Shown in pieces: positions 14,401 through 26,879 of a stretch of DNA of 64,000 nucleotides (the stretch's first letter is position 1; each line of letters begins with the position of its first letter). Source of the stretch: Negaprion brevirostris (lineage: Eukaryota); assembly GCA_030324005.1 (NCBI GenBank), contig JARDVH010000140.1, positions 37,505,550-37,569,549 on the forward strand, in the 5' to 3' direction. The translations under genes were made by a program, and so were the position numbers. A model generated the notes under the pieces. The model was not told where the DNA came from. It saw only the letters and a list, made by a program, of their open reading frames with translations, and ran no database searches.

Positions 14401-15145
14401 AGGCACAGAGCCCCTTCACCATGAGGGCTGAAGCATTTTCGGGGGTTTGATAATCATAGCCTTTTCAGAGAATTTTTTAAAAATGAGTGGGAGTTCGTGT
14501 CTTGCAAATGTCGTCCACTTTACAACAGACCCTGCGGACCCAGTTTCAAATCCCATCACAGCAAATTTGAATACAATAAAAATCTGAGAATAAAAAGTGT
14601 AATGATGATGATGGAACCATTGCCAATTGTTGTAAAAATCCATCTGGTTCGCTGACGTCCTTCAGGGAAGAAAATCTGCCGTCCTTATCTGGTTGGCCTA
14701 CATGTGACTCCAGACCCACAGCAATGACCCACAAACCCATCCAGGCCCTATCCCCATAACCCCATACATTTACCTTAGCTAGTACCCCTGACACTAAGGG
14801 GCGATTTATCATGGCCAATCTATCTAACCTGTACATCCTTGGACACGAAGAGGCAATTTAACATTGCCAATCCATCTAACCTGCACATCTTTGGACACTA
14901 AGGGGAAATTTACTCTAAGAAGAGTAATTAGCGAAGGGCAATAATTGCTGGCCAAGCCAGCAATGCCCACATCCTGTGGACAATAAAAAGGAACAAGTTG
15001 TAATAACTGACTATTATTGATTTCACCAAATATTATCGAACATTTTAAAAATCCACCGTCCATCAGCTTTGTCATATTCAACTCAGAGGCATTTAACTCA
15101 TCACCTGTGAAGTATTGACAATATTCCAACCAGTTCCGCATTTCA

Positions 15146-15445
15146 CGGCAGCACAGTGGTTAACACTGCTGCCTCACAGTGCCGGGGATTGAGTTCGATT
15201 CCCGGCTTGGGTTACTGTCTGTGCAGAGCCTGCACATTCTCCCCGTGTCTGCGTGGGTTTCCTCTGGGCGCTCTAGTTTCTTCCCACAGTCCAAAAGACG
15301 TGCTGGTTAGGTGTATTGGCCATGCTAAATTCTCCCACAGTGAACCCGAGCAGGCGCCAGAGTGTGGAAATTGGGGGATTTTCACAGTAACTTCATTGCA
15401 GTGTTAATGTAAGCCTACTTGTGACACTAACAAATAAACTTTAAA
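15146..15445 (+). mobile_element. tRNA-derived V-SINE, near full length
   Basis: gcacagtggttaacactg A box, gttcgattc B box, V-domain ttctccccgtgtctgcgtgggtttcc, LINE-type 3' tail. Confidence 0.88.
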
Positions 15446-16339
15446 CTTTTAGAACTATGACCTCTTGTTTTAGATTGCCCTACGAGATAGAAACATTCCC
15501 TCCACGTTTACTTTGTTAATCTCCCTTATCATCTTGTACTCCTCAATTAGGTCTCCACTTGGCCTAAATTGCCCAATGATATTACATACATACATAAGCT
15601 TGTGAAAATAATTGAAGTGCAAGTTAACGAGTTATGGGTCAAAAAAGACGCAAAGGAAAATAAAGAGGAACACTTGGCTAAGTCAATGAAAAACAGTTTT
15701 CATACAAATTTGTGTAAACCTCATTATTAAAAGAAACAGGAGTTAATTCTGGCACAAGTCTCAACCAGATGTGGTGAAGGCAGGTAGAAATAATGATTCC
15801 AAATGGTAAAAATGGACCCAATTATCAGTGAACAAAATCAAGTCTCAGAACATGTACCTGTTGAGATTGCACTTGACACTATTAGACCAAAACACGTCAT
15901 CATCGATCCTCAGTTTCTGATAGAAACAAATAAAGAACGGAGATTCTAACATATCAAATGCTTGCAACAATAGGGGTTCACTGTAACAGACCTATAAAAC
16001 ATGGCAAAACATTATCTCTCACCCTCCAACTACGTCCATCACTTCTGCCAAGGCTGGAAATTATACATCACAGCAACCTGCATGTGCAGAAGGACATTGT
16101 GGCTCTCTGAGTGTCTGAAAGCATGGAGAGTTTAAAAGCCATGCTAACCATTGCTCTAAACAGTCTTTGGACCTGCACTTTAGTCAGGTGAAAGTCAAAG
16201 AGTCAACCCAGCACCCTCTCAGGTGTTCCAAGATTCCTTAGGCTTGTGAAAACCTGCACTAATTCCAGCAGGGGCACAAAGGTCCAGCACCCTGCACCAC
16301 TCGCCAAGTCAGCAGCTACCACAGCATTTTCGTCTCGGT

Positions 16340-16830
16340 CAGAAAGTTTTGCATTCAGGTTTCATTCCAGAGATCCGAGCACATAATCTAGGTTGACAGG
16401 TCATGCCTAAACAGGGAACACTGCACTGTCGAAGATACTGATCCGAATTTTACCATCCCGTCCGCCACAGGAATTGGAGTGGGCAAGGGGCAGCCCGTGA
16501 AAAGATCTGTTGACCTTGGGCGGAATTTTACAGTTTTGGGATGAGCAAGGCCATAAAATCCTGCCCGCTTTTTTTTCATTTGAGATTTTAAACCTAACCT
16601 TGCTGGTGGACATAAACAATCCTACAGCATGGTTAAAAAGGAGAGCAGAAAAGTTCTCTTGGAACATTTTTACCTCAACAAGCACCTAAAACAGGTGAAC
16701 TGGTCATTTATTTCATCACTATTGTGGGAACTTACTGCACACAAACTGATTACAACATACAACATTGACTGCATTTCTGAAGTACCTCATCTAGTCGTCA
16801 TAAAGGTGTTACATGTCTTTCTTTCATTTC
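16340..16830 (+). mobile_element. Degenerate DeuSINE interrupted by a short MITE-like insert (~16443-16566)
   Basis: Similar to 49138-49471; insert bounded by gaattttac / taaaatcc-type inverted ends. Confidence 0.5.
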
Positions 16831-17075
16831 CCTGGGTGGACCAAGTACTCAGGTGCCTGTGCAAGTGACCAGAGCAGTTTTTACAATATTGTCTACACAG
16901 ACCTACAGCCTGTCCAGGATTTGCAGCCATGAAAAAATCACGAACATGACTTAAAAGCAACCGTGTGTAACGTTTCACATGTGGAGTTGCTTCAATACTG
17001 CAGCTGTGTTTCCCACATTTTAAAGTCTCACTTTTACCGAGTTGCACATTATCCTGGCATTCAAAAACAACGTGC

Positions 17076-17164
17076 CTTCCGCAGTAGATCCGCATGGTTC
17101 TGAACCAGCTCCGTGTACTTCTCCTTTAATTTCGTGTACCTTTGTTCATTGGCTTGAGCTTTCC
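17076..17164 (-). CDS. HIP1: HIP1 coding exon (~exon 15), (R)KAQANEQRYTKLKEKYTELVQNHADLLRK; GC donor
   Basis: 89 nt; contains the DLLRK(N) clathrin-light-chain-binding motif; ends AAG|gcacgt. Confidence 0.95.
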
Positions 17165-17214
17165 CTGGGAAACAAGAAAAAAAATTCTCCTGTCTATAGT
17201 TTGTCATTAGACTC

Positions 17215-17640
17215 AGAGATATACAACATAGAAACAGTTCCCTGCCCAACTCATCCACAACAACCAGGTTTCTGAAACAGAACTAGTCCCATTCGCCTGT
17301 GTTTGGCCCATAACTTTCTAATCCTCGCCCATCTTTTAAATGTTGCAATTGTATCTGCCTCTACTACCTCTTCTGGCAGCTCATCGCCTGTATGCACCAC
17401 CCTCTGTGAGAAAAAGTTGCCCCTCGGGTCCCTTTTGAATCTTTCCCTCTCACCCTAAACCTGTGTCCTCTAGTTTTGGACTGCCCTACCCTGGGGAAAA
17501 GACCTTGGCTCTTCACCTTACCTGTGTCCCTCATGATTTTATAAACCACTACGAGGTCACCCCTTATCCTCTTACACTCCAGGGGAAAAAGTCCCAGCCT
17601 ATCCAGCAACTCCTTATAATTCAAACCTTCCAGTCGTGGT
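17215..17640 (-). mobile_element. CR1 LINE 3' fragment
   Basis: LGLFPLECKRIRGDLVVVYKIM...TRGHRF motif. Confidence 0.85.
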
Positions 17641-18394
17641 ATTGAGGTTCACATTTCTGAAACATTGTCATGTTTAAACTTTATCCTTTAAGTTAGCTCA
17701 AATACGACTGCTCCACCAACAGTGATGCCAAGTCCCACACATCTCAGCTCAGTTGGGCAGTTTGATCTCAACCAACCAGCAACTGATGAACTACAATTAG
17801 GTTTGATACAACTGGGGTTGAGAATGAAGTACAAGTCATCTACTGCTAATTACAATCAGAGGCTCTTGCTTGAAAGTGTGCTTATGAGGATGTTGTTAGA
17901 AGGCAGGATACTGCAGTGATTTTCCATCCTCCCGGATCTGAACAACCAACTGACATTCGTTCTGCTTTTTGATACTCAAATGTCGAGTCACTTTACATCA
18001 GCAGACTTACTGCTTTCAATAAGGGAGGGAAGATGAAGCATGTTCCCAAAATCGCACAGACTTCCAATGTTGTGAACTCCTTTCCCTCGCAGCAATTTTA
18101 GATCCAAAAAAATGGCAACACAGCTGATGTACAAGGATTCAGACTGAACCTTGACAATGGGTCTGATTGGTCGAATCACAGTACAGGGGGTCCAATCTGT
18201 TATGGAATGGGTAGGTTGAAGGGACACTGAACCCTGGTTGACTGGTTAAGATAATCATTAAATTCACAATGGCAGAGGATTTCTAACATTATTCATTGCA
18301 TATATGGAATAAAAAGCAGCAGCAGCCAGAGGAATACATCAATGTATGTGGGCAGTGGTTAATCTTTCCACTTGAAAATAAATTTGGAACTTAC

Positions 18395-18578
18395 GTTCAA
18401 TCTCNNNNNNNNNNNNNNNNNNNNNNNNNNNNNNNNNNNNNNNNNNNNNNNNNNNNNNNNNNNNNNNNNNNNNNNNNNNNNNNNNNNNNNNNNNNNNNNN
18501 NNNNNNNNNNNGCTGCTCAGCCAGTTCTGCCTCTAACTCACTGATTCGACCCTTCAGCTGAGAGATCAGGCGCTTGCT
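18395..18578 (-). CDS. HIP1: HIP1 coding exon (~exon 14), SKRLISQLKGRISELEAELAEQ...[107 N]...EIE(R)
   Basis: ttcag/gtaagt; both visible ends match HIP1; the 184-nt span including Ns keeps the frame. Confidence 0.92.
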
Positions 18579-21511
18579 CTGAAACAAGCAGAAGGAACTC
18601 TTGTGGGATTTGCAACTCACCCATTTCCAATGTGGAAAAACTAAGGCCCACAGGGTAAGGTACCACAGGATGAAAGTAACAGCAGGGAAGAAGCCAATTT
18701 CTGAGGGGCTACCATCCTGTGAAGGACTGTGGGATATTTCCTCAAGATGTGTTGTTGAGATAAATGACAATTAACATAAAAATTGGGTTTTTAAAAGTCT
18801 TATGTTTGTATGAGGAGAAAAAGCAGTAGAGTTCCACAGATTTGAGGAAAGAATGAGTTAAGAGTAGGAGACAATAGGAGGAGGCTTCAATAAAAGGAGG
18901 ATAGTGAGTATGTACAACTGGGTATTACGTTCAAAAGCACATGAGACAAAGACACGCACAAGTTGAAATCAAGAGACAGGAAGAAGGAATCACTGTCAGA
19001 GACACCTTTTTTTGCATTCATCACATCTATTTTCCTCTCCGACACCTAAAACAACTTTACACATTTGTTACCCAGACAGGAACAGCACTGTTCCTGGGAA
19101 ACTGGAGCATTTACACAGTGAATCATACTCTGTCTCAGTGAAAATGAGCCCAACATTTCAACACACTGCTGTCACCAGAGTCATGATGCATTTTAAGTAC
19201 TTGCTATTGGTAAAAAACCTCAAGGTAAAGTTAACTTGCACTGATGACACTTCATTTCAATTTGCTGCAATAGTGTCAAACCTGTAACATCAGTACTTCA
19301 CCTTGTCACATTAAGCTGTTAGCAATAATGGCAGTCAATTGCACTGTACATTTGTATGACACGCCTGTTTGTTACAGAGCAGAGAACTAAGTGGTTTATA
19401 TTGAATAGTTAATGATTCTGTTAAAATAGTAGGCAGAAGAATGTCATAAAAATAATTGACCATGATTATTTCCACAATAATCTTCGGGCTCAAAATGCTT
19501 TTTCCAGACACGGGCTGTGTTTTGGACAGACAAATTCTGCAATTGTCTGGCTGGAGGTTTTCCATAGTTGAAGTAGACATGGTATAAAAACTATAGTGAA
19601 ATCCTAATGGCACCATTGTAATGGGAGGAGGTCAACCTGACTGAATACAGCAGTTTCCAGGAACCAACAGAGCTCTCTCTGTACATAGCTTCATTCATGT
19701 TTTAAAACCATCTCTGCTTCAAACAGTTTCAAGTCAGCTCTTTATTCATAAAAAAAAAACTTTCTTTAATTTAGCTGAAGTGAGTGCTGAACTGGCAGGT
19801 CGGGGGAAACTGAGATGTTAGACGAGGACACATTCCAGGCATCAATATGTCAAACAAATGAATTCCTCTCTGTAAACTCCATTCAGTTCCACATAATGGA
19901 TATCCGTACTGGCCTTGCAAATGGAGTTATTCCTTCTTTTATGCTATTTGTCTGTCTTAAATTGTTTCCAGGGTTGTCTGGATAGAAAGAAACTTTCACT
20001 TAAATAACAATTTATCAGATCTCTCAGAAATGTTCCAAAATAGTTCCCAAAGAATTACTTCAAAACCAGTCCTTTTTTCTCCCCTCCCCACAGGCATATG
20101 TATCAGTCAGCTTGCCCAAAGCAAGGTCCCGCAGGCAGCAACAAGATGGAAGGCATGGCCTCCTAGTGCAGAACAGCAATAAACAGATAACAGAATATCA
20201 AGGAACATAATAGAATACAACCTGCACTTGACTAATGTCCAGTGTAGACTGCAGCTTCCCATGCCCAGGGAGGCAAGCATAAAAATTAGGTGGAGAGACT
20301 AGAGAGGTTGTGTTGTTTAACATTGAGCAAAAAAGTATTCAAAATCATCAGGGGTTTTGAAATGTAAATAAGGGGAAACTGTTTACAATGGCAAAGATTT
20401 GGTAATCATATATTTAAGGTAACTGGCAAANNNNNNNNNNNNNNNNNNNNNNNNNNNNNNNNNNNNNNNNNNNNNNNNNNNNNNNNNNNNNNNNNNNNNN
20501 NNNNNNNNNNNNNNNNNNNNNNNNNNNNNNGTTTTGAAATGTAAATAAGGGGAAACTGTTTACAATGGCAAAGATTTGGTAATCATATATTTAAGGTAAC
20601 TGGCAAAAGAGTCAGAGGCGAGATGAGAAGATTTTTTTCCTACGCTAATTGGTACTGCAGTCTTGAATTCACTGCCTTATTGGAGGATCCCTTCAGTAGA
20701 AATTTTAGAAGGGAATTCAATAAACACTTGGAAGGATAAAAACTTTGCAGGGAAATAGTTCTTTGAAAGTGCTAATAACAGACGGAAGAGCAGCCAGAAG
20801 AGCATTAGAATAATCCAGTCTGGAGGTGACAAACGTTTGGACAAGAGCTTTAGCAGACGTAATGAAGCTTCTTAAGAAGGACATGATGTAGGGACAGAGC
20901 CAAGTGAAGTTAATATTTATGAAGGTCTGAGCTTTCCTCAGCATTGACTACAATCTGATTCAACGTGAATCGGCAGTCAGGAATGGATCTGAAATCAAAT
21001 GACAAAAAACATCTTCAAAGTTTAACTGGAGGAAACAGTGATGGATATCAGAAAAGCAGTTTCCCAACTCCGACATTCGATAGGACCAAGAGCTGTCTGC
21101 TGTCAGCCCACCCAATGGAGGACAAAAGGAGCAGCCTTGTGGATGAGGAAGAGGAGGGCAGATAGATCCTGGGGCAAATTCCAGAGGTAACAGCACACAA
21201 GGTGGGAAGAGGAACAATAGCTGGAGATGTTCAATTTGCAATTGGACAGGTCAAAAGTGGAATCGTGCAAAGATAATCACTGCACTGGACACCAGAGGAG
21301 AACATTTGAAAAACATGGTACAGTTAACCATATCCATGGCTGTAAGACATGTCAAGAACAGGATGCAGAAAGTACACCATGGAGTCAGTCTCATTCTTTG
21401 ACTGGATTCATTGTGTCATTGTTAAGTGGCAACAGGTGGCTATATCAAATCAACTGGTTCCCTTGATTCTAGGGTACAGATCCATGAAAGAACGATAAAC
21501 AGACAGCCTAC

Positions 21512-21584
21512 CTCTACTTTAATACTCGCCATTTCCTCCTTCAGTGATGCAATCTCCCTGTAGAGCTGTTCAATCAATTTATCC
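21512..21584 (-). CDS. HIP1: HIP1 coding exon (~exon 13), DKLIEQLYREIASLKEEMASIKVE
   Basis: 73 nt, ccag/gtagg; start of the coiled coil; frame continuous with neighbours. Confidence 0.95.
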
Positions 21585-21984
21585 CTGGAAACAAAAAAAA
21601 GTTCAAGTATATAACAATGTTATAGTATTAACAACAAAATTTATTGTGGACTCAGATAATAATTAGAAAGCCAGCTAATGAACTTTAGCGAAAGTAATCA
21701 GGTGCCAGTCTACTTCAAAGCAACTGGTTTGCCACATTTAGAGTTAGATATTTCTTGAGCTAACTTTTAGTTAGACCTTACCCCTCTTGTCCCTTTTGAC
21801 AGGCACCTATTCAGGCAGGGCAAAGGATGCACGGCACCAGCTATCAACTGGGTCCTCACCATTCTTCATGTGTCATCTCGGACAGTAATGTTAAAGGCTA
21901 CTTAGTTGAACGGTCCCTGACAATCTCAACTTCAGTAGGAGTCATTGTAATTGTACAGCAGTCAGAAGCTGGAGCCTGGTTAAC

Positions 21985-22990
21985 TATCCCCCCTATCCAA
22001 GACCATTTCAAAATGTACATTAATGATTTGGAGGAAGGAACTGAAGGCTACTGTTGCTAAGTTTGCAGATGATACCAAGATACGTAGAGGGACAGGTAGT
22101 ACTAAGGAAACAGGGGGGCTGCAGAAGGACTTGGACAGGTTCGAAGAGTGGGCAAAGAAGTGGCAGATAGAATACAATGTGGAAAAGTGTGAGGTTATGC
22201 ACTTTGGAAGGAGGAATGGAAGCACAGACTATTTTCTCAATGGGAAAATGTTTAGAAAATCAGAAACACAAAAGGGACTTGGGAGTCATTGTTCAAGGTT
22301 CTCTTAAGGTTAATGTGCAGGTTCAGTCAGCAGTGAGGAAAGCAAAAGCAACGTTAGCATTCATGTCAAGAGGGCGAAAATACAAGAGCATGGCTGTACT
22401 GAGGCTGCATAAGGCTCTAGTCAGACCCCATTTGAAGTATTGTGAGCAGTTTTGTGCCCCATATCTAAGGAACGATGTGTTGGCCTTGGAAAGAGTGCAG
22501 AGGAGGTTCACAAGAATGATCCCTGGAATGAAAAGCTTGTCGTATGAGGAATGGTTGAAGACTCTGGGTCTGTACTCGTTGGAGTTTAGAAGGATGAGGG
22601 GGGAATCTTATTGAGACTTGCAGGATACTGAGAGGCCTGGATAGAGTGGACATGGAGAGGATGTTTCCACCAGTAGGAAAAACTAGAACCAGAGGGTATA
22701 ACCTCAGGCTAAAGGGATAATCCTTTAAAACAGAGATGAGGAGGGATTTATTCAGCTAGAGAGTGGTGAATCTATGCAACTCTTTGCCACAGAAGACTGT
22801 GGAGGTCAGATCATTGAGTGTCTTCAAGGCAGGGATAGATAGATTCTTGATTAATAAGGAGATCATGGGTTTATGGGGAAAAGGCAGGAGAATGGGGGGG
22901 GGGGAAATGAGAAAAATATCAGTCATGATTAGATGGCAGAGTAGACTCAATGGGCCGAGTGGCCTAATTCTGCCCCTATGTCTTATGGTT
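21985..22990 (+). mobile_element. CR1 LINE, RT C-terminal half to 3' tail
   Basis: KFADDTK RT motif, LQKDLDR, KCEVMHFG, LVRPHL, LGLYSLEFRRMRG; CR1 tail. Confidence 0.93.
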
Positions 22991-25416
22991 TTATTGACAG
23001 TCTCCACCTCGGGTGGAATTATTTGGTATAGATTGGGGATTGAACCTCATCTGTCACACAGTGCAGAGCACTCACCTGGTGTTGATCCTGGGAGTACTGT
23101 AGATAAGATTTCAATTAACCTTAATGTTTCTGTACTGAGCTTAAACATAGAAGTAAAACAAATTGCACACAGAAGATTCCAGTTGTTGAAAATGTGCGGG
23201 TTGCAGGTCTCTGATTTAAAAAGGTGATTCACTATTATGATATGAAACTTCTACAAAAGGAAACTTATTCCACTGGCCAATGGCATACTGAACAACAAAA
23301 CAGTATTGAGAATGCCTTAATCCAGGTGTTCTGCATCCAAAATTCAGAGTCAGGAAACAAAGCATATTTTGCCAAATGACAAAAGGTAAAATATTGTGGA
23401 TGTTGGAAATCTGAAATAAAGCAGAGGTTACAAACTCTTAAGCCCAGGTCTTCTTACATACATGCTACATTCTGACTAATGAAGAAATACAGAGTAGTGA
23501 AGATTTCATAAAAACTGAGGAACAAAGAATGAACTGTGATTTTAAAATAGGTGAGTCACAGTAGGTGCTGGTTAGAGGGGTGGAGGGGGCGATTTGGTGG
23601 TATTAAAGAAAAAGCAGTTTGGAAGATGGAGGGCAGAAATTTTATACACTGAATGATCTTCAAACATTAACACAATATAAAATTGAGACAATGGACTGAT
23701 GATATACCAGGTAGTTTAGTGAGCCAATTCGGACAGTTCATTCGACATACTCCTGTTTGCACCAGGTTAAAACTATAGTGATAGGACAGAGGAAGAACAC
23801 TAGCAACACAGAGAAAAAGAAATAATGGAGTCAATGCCCATTGTAATCATGAGCATTTATTTGGTTGTGTTACTGTACCTAATTTGGGATTGGCTATAGT
23901 GATCACAATATTTTCCGGTCTTGCTCCGCACCCACAATTTAATGAGTTCCTGGCTGCTTGCATGCAGTAATAGCTTTATTACTCCTGGCTATTCAATCCA
24001 GTACCTTTCTAGAATCTAGCAGACACTGAACCCTTCACTCATGGAAACAAGATTAACAAAATAGGATCAGTAACGATCAGCGTAATAACAATGGGAAATA
24101 TTTAAGGTTACTGGTGAAATTTTCTGTCCTGAAATATTTTTCCACCCCATTTCATGATCACCATGAACAACAAGAATACAGCAGAACGGTGCAAATCAAC
24201 ATTAAAATCTACCAGAAATGAACAACCGGTTCAATGATAAACACAACCCCCCTGTGTTAAAGGGCTGGTTGATGCAATGTATCTTTGGGATGACTTCCCT
24301 ATTCTCTCATTAATCAATGGAAGGTCTGATTCAAAGTTAAAAACAACAATGAGTATTGATTCAAGCCTGGAGGGATTCTGGGTATCATGTTCTATTCGGT
24401 CCTTAAATTCATGGAGGTCACTGCATTAGCGCACAGACCAATCATTAGTGACGAACTCCAGCATCACTTCTGTTGTTAAATGCACATTCTGTCATCATGA
24501 CTGTGAGCACCAAGAAGAAATCATCTTTACTGGAGCCAGGGTTCAGATAGCAGAGGTTCATTCAACCACATTTAGGGATTTGATATTGACCCATGGAAGC
24601 AAAATAGAAGAAAAGCAGATGCGGTAACTTTCACCCCTTAAGATACCTTTGATCTGATTTGAGAACTTATTGATTTGGATTGAACTAATGCTATCGATTG
24701 CCAGAATTACACTGACAGGCTTCCCAAGTCTTTGCTACAATTTCCACTGGAGAACTATCTATTGAACACTTGACTGGATGCAGATTGGTGAGATATTGTT
24801 CAGTGAAGAGAATAACCACATGAATTTCACCTAAAACAGGAGGTCACATACAAACCAAGATATTCTTCCACCTGCACAGGTTGGTAGCAGATCAACTGTT
24901 CCTTAGATTCGTTTTGTTTATGATATGAGAATTAAATACCTTTAGGATAAAGTCTCAAATTCATTCTGCAACACTGGGTGGAATGTTCTCGTTTTTTGTC
25001 AAAGTGTGAACTCAGGCGGGGAAAGTAGAGTATAGCTTGCCAGCTTTTCCAACCGTATTTGTAAACACTTGGAAAAAAGTGTGAGGGTGTGAGGGCCTGC
25101 TAAATACACTAAAATGTATCCAAATGGGGTTCCCGTCATTGCATAGCCGAAACTCCTTCACGTCACTGGTTGAGGGAAGAGTAGGGACAAATCAAGTGGA
25201 GAAGTCTCATCAGCCTAAAAGCCTTTCAGAATCCCACCATGATCCTTCGCCCCTCCACCATAAGCAGGGATGGAAATTTCACTTGCACTCTGCATGATCA
25301 GGAAGACTCACTGTCTGAGGCTTGCACACCACTACTCGGGAAACACATGGGGGCTACATTATCATCAATTATTAAACAACAAAGTCCAAGATTTTCATGA
25401 CATCCATATTCCTTAC

Positions 25417-25514
25417 CTTTCATCCTTAGACATTCCATTCTGGCTGTTAAAATTGAATGGGTCAGTAGGACCAGGACTTCCAAAGAGATCATCAAATTTA
25501 TTATCAAATAAATT
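25417..25514 (-). CDS. HIP1: HIP1 coding exon (~exon 12), NLFDNKFDDLFGSPGPTDPFNFNSQNGMSKDE(R)
   Basis: 98 nt, ttcag/gtaagg; FxDxF and DPF AP-2-binding motifs that HIP1 has and HIP1R lacks. Confidence 0.96.
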
Positions 25515-26099
25515 CTGAAAGGAAGAGGGTTAAACGTGATTAAAAGTAACCATGGCTAGTATATAGTGTGCAAGGTTTCAGTCTGTGTGCAGTTCACAGG
25601 TGCAAAGCCACGTCATCTCTCCAACCACTACAAGCACACAGGACACGCCTAAGAATGGGAGGAAGGTATTTAAGTTCTCAGCTGCTGAGTGATCTAGAAT
25701 CTGAAAACTTGAGTACCATGTTATTAATTCTAGGAGAGAAAAGGAAATGACATTGGGAAGTTGGGGTATGGATAACAAAGGAAATTATTTCCTCCACTTT
25801 TTGGTAAGGCCGCTGACTCATCCTGGAGCATAGTCAAGGCTCCAGTCACCCAACCAAGTAATCATTCTCTTATCTAAGCCCTAATGTCAGTAATCGTACT
25901 CAATTTTGAGGGTACCAGAGTTGCGCCTAATCATATATATTCATATCCATACTTTCTAAAAGGGTCATCATTGGAGGGGGAATGCTAGCTTTATCTGTGG
26001 CCAGGATTTTACAGCCCCACTGCAGTGCATCTTCCACCAGCAGATGCGATGATCCATTTAAATTGCAATTTATTTCACTGAGACAGTAATATTGCACTG

Positions 26100-26770
26100 T
26101 GCAGGAGGGGCCATAATGGTCGATGTCTACCAACATACAGGGGATGACCACAGACCAGAAACTGAACCAGGACACAAGGGCAGGTCATAGGCTGGAATTC
26201 TGTGGCAAATATCTCACCTCCCAACTCCCCAAAGCCTGTTCACCATCTACAAGGCACAAGTCAGGAGTACAATGGAATATTCTCCACTTGCCTGGTTCAG
26301 TGCAACTCCAGCACTCAAGAAACTCAATAGCATCCAGGCCAAAGCTGCCTGCTTGACTGGCATCCAATCCACCACTTAAACATTCAATCCCTCCAAAACC
26401 AATACATAGTGGCGGCAATGTGCACTATCTACAAGATGCTATCTAACAGCAACTCACCAAGACTCCTTCAACAGCATCTTCCAAACCCACATTCTCTACC
26501 ACCTTAAAAGGACAAGGGCAGCAGACAGATAGAAATATCACCAGCTGCAAATTCCCCTCCAAACCATTCTACCTTAGAAATTAATTGCCATTCCTTCACT
26601 GTTGCTGGGTCAAAATCCTGGAACTTCCTCCCTAACAGCACTGTGTAAGTACCCACACCACTTAGACGACAGCAGTTCAAGGTGGCAGCTCATCCCCACC
26701 TTCTCAAGATCAGTTAGGGATGGGTAATAGCTGAATAAACATTAGACTGGCCAGCGTCATTACATTCCCA
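26100..26770 (+). mobile_element. Non-LTR retrotransposon 3' fragment (CR1/L2 group); related copies at ~43000-43500 (-) and ~56850-57320 (+)
   Basis: Shared sequence ccatctacaaggcac...gaatattctccacttgcctg...cactcaagaa...atccagg. Confidence 0.7.
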
Positions 26771-26879
26771 GGAATTGAACCAAGACAGTCACAGCCTGTC
26801 TGTAGGGCACACTGCACAAGTCAGCTGAGTCCCTTTTCCTGAAGGCAATATATAGTATGCCCTGAAAGTGACAGAAAAT

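Noticed and set aside
15146-15215. tRNA-like A/B box sequence (also at 6174, 45556 and 49138)
   Set aside because: SINE heads followed by V- or Deu-domains, not tRNA genes
20354-20607. Exact 77-bp direct repeat around a 100-N gap
   Set aside because: Identical sequence on both gap edges is a typical unmerged contig overlap
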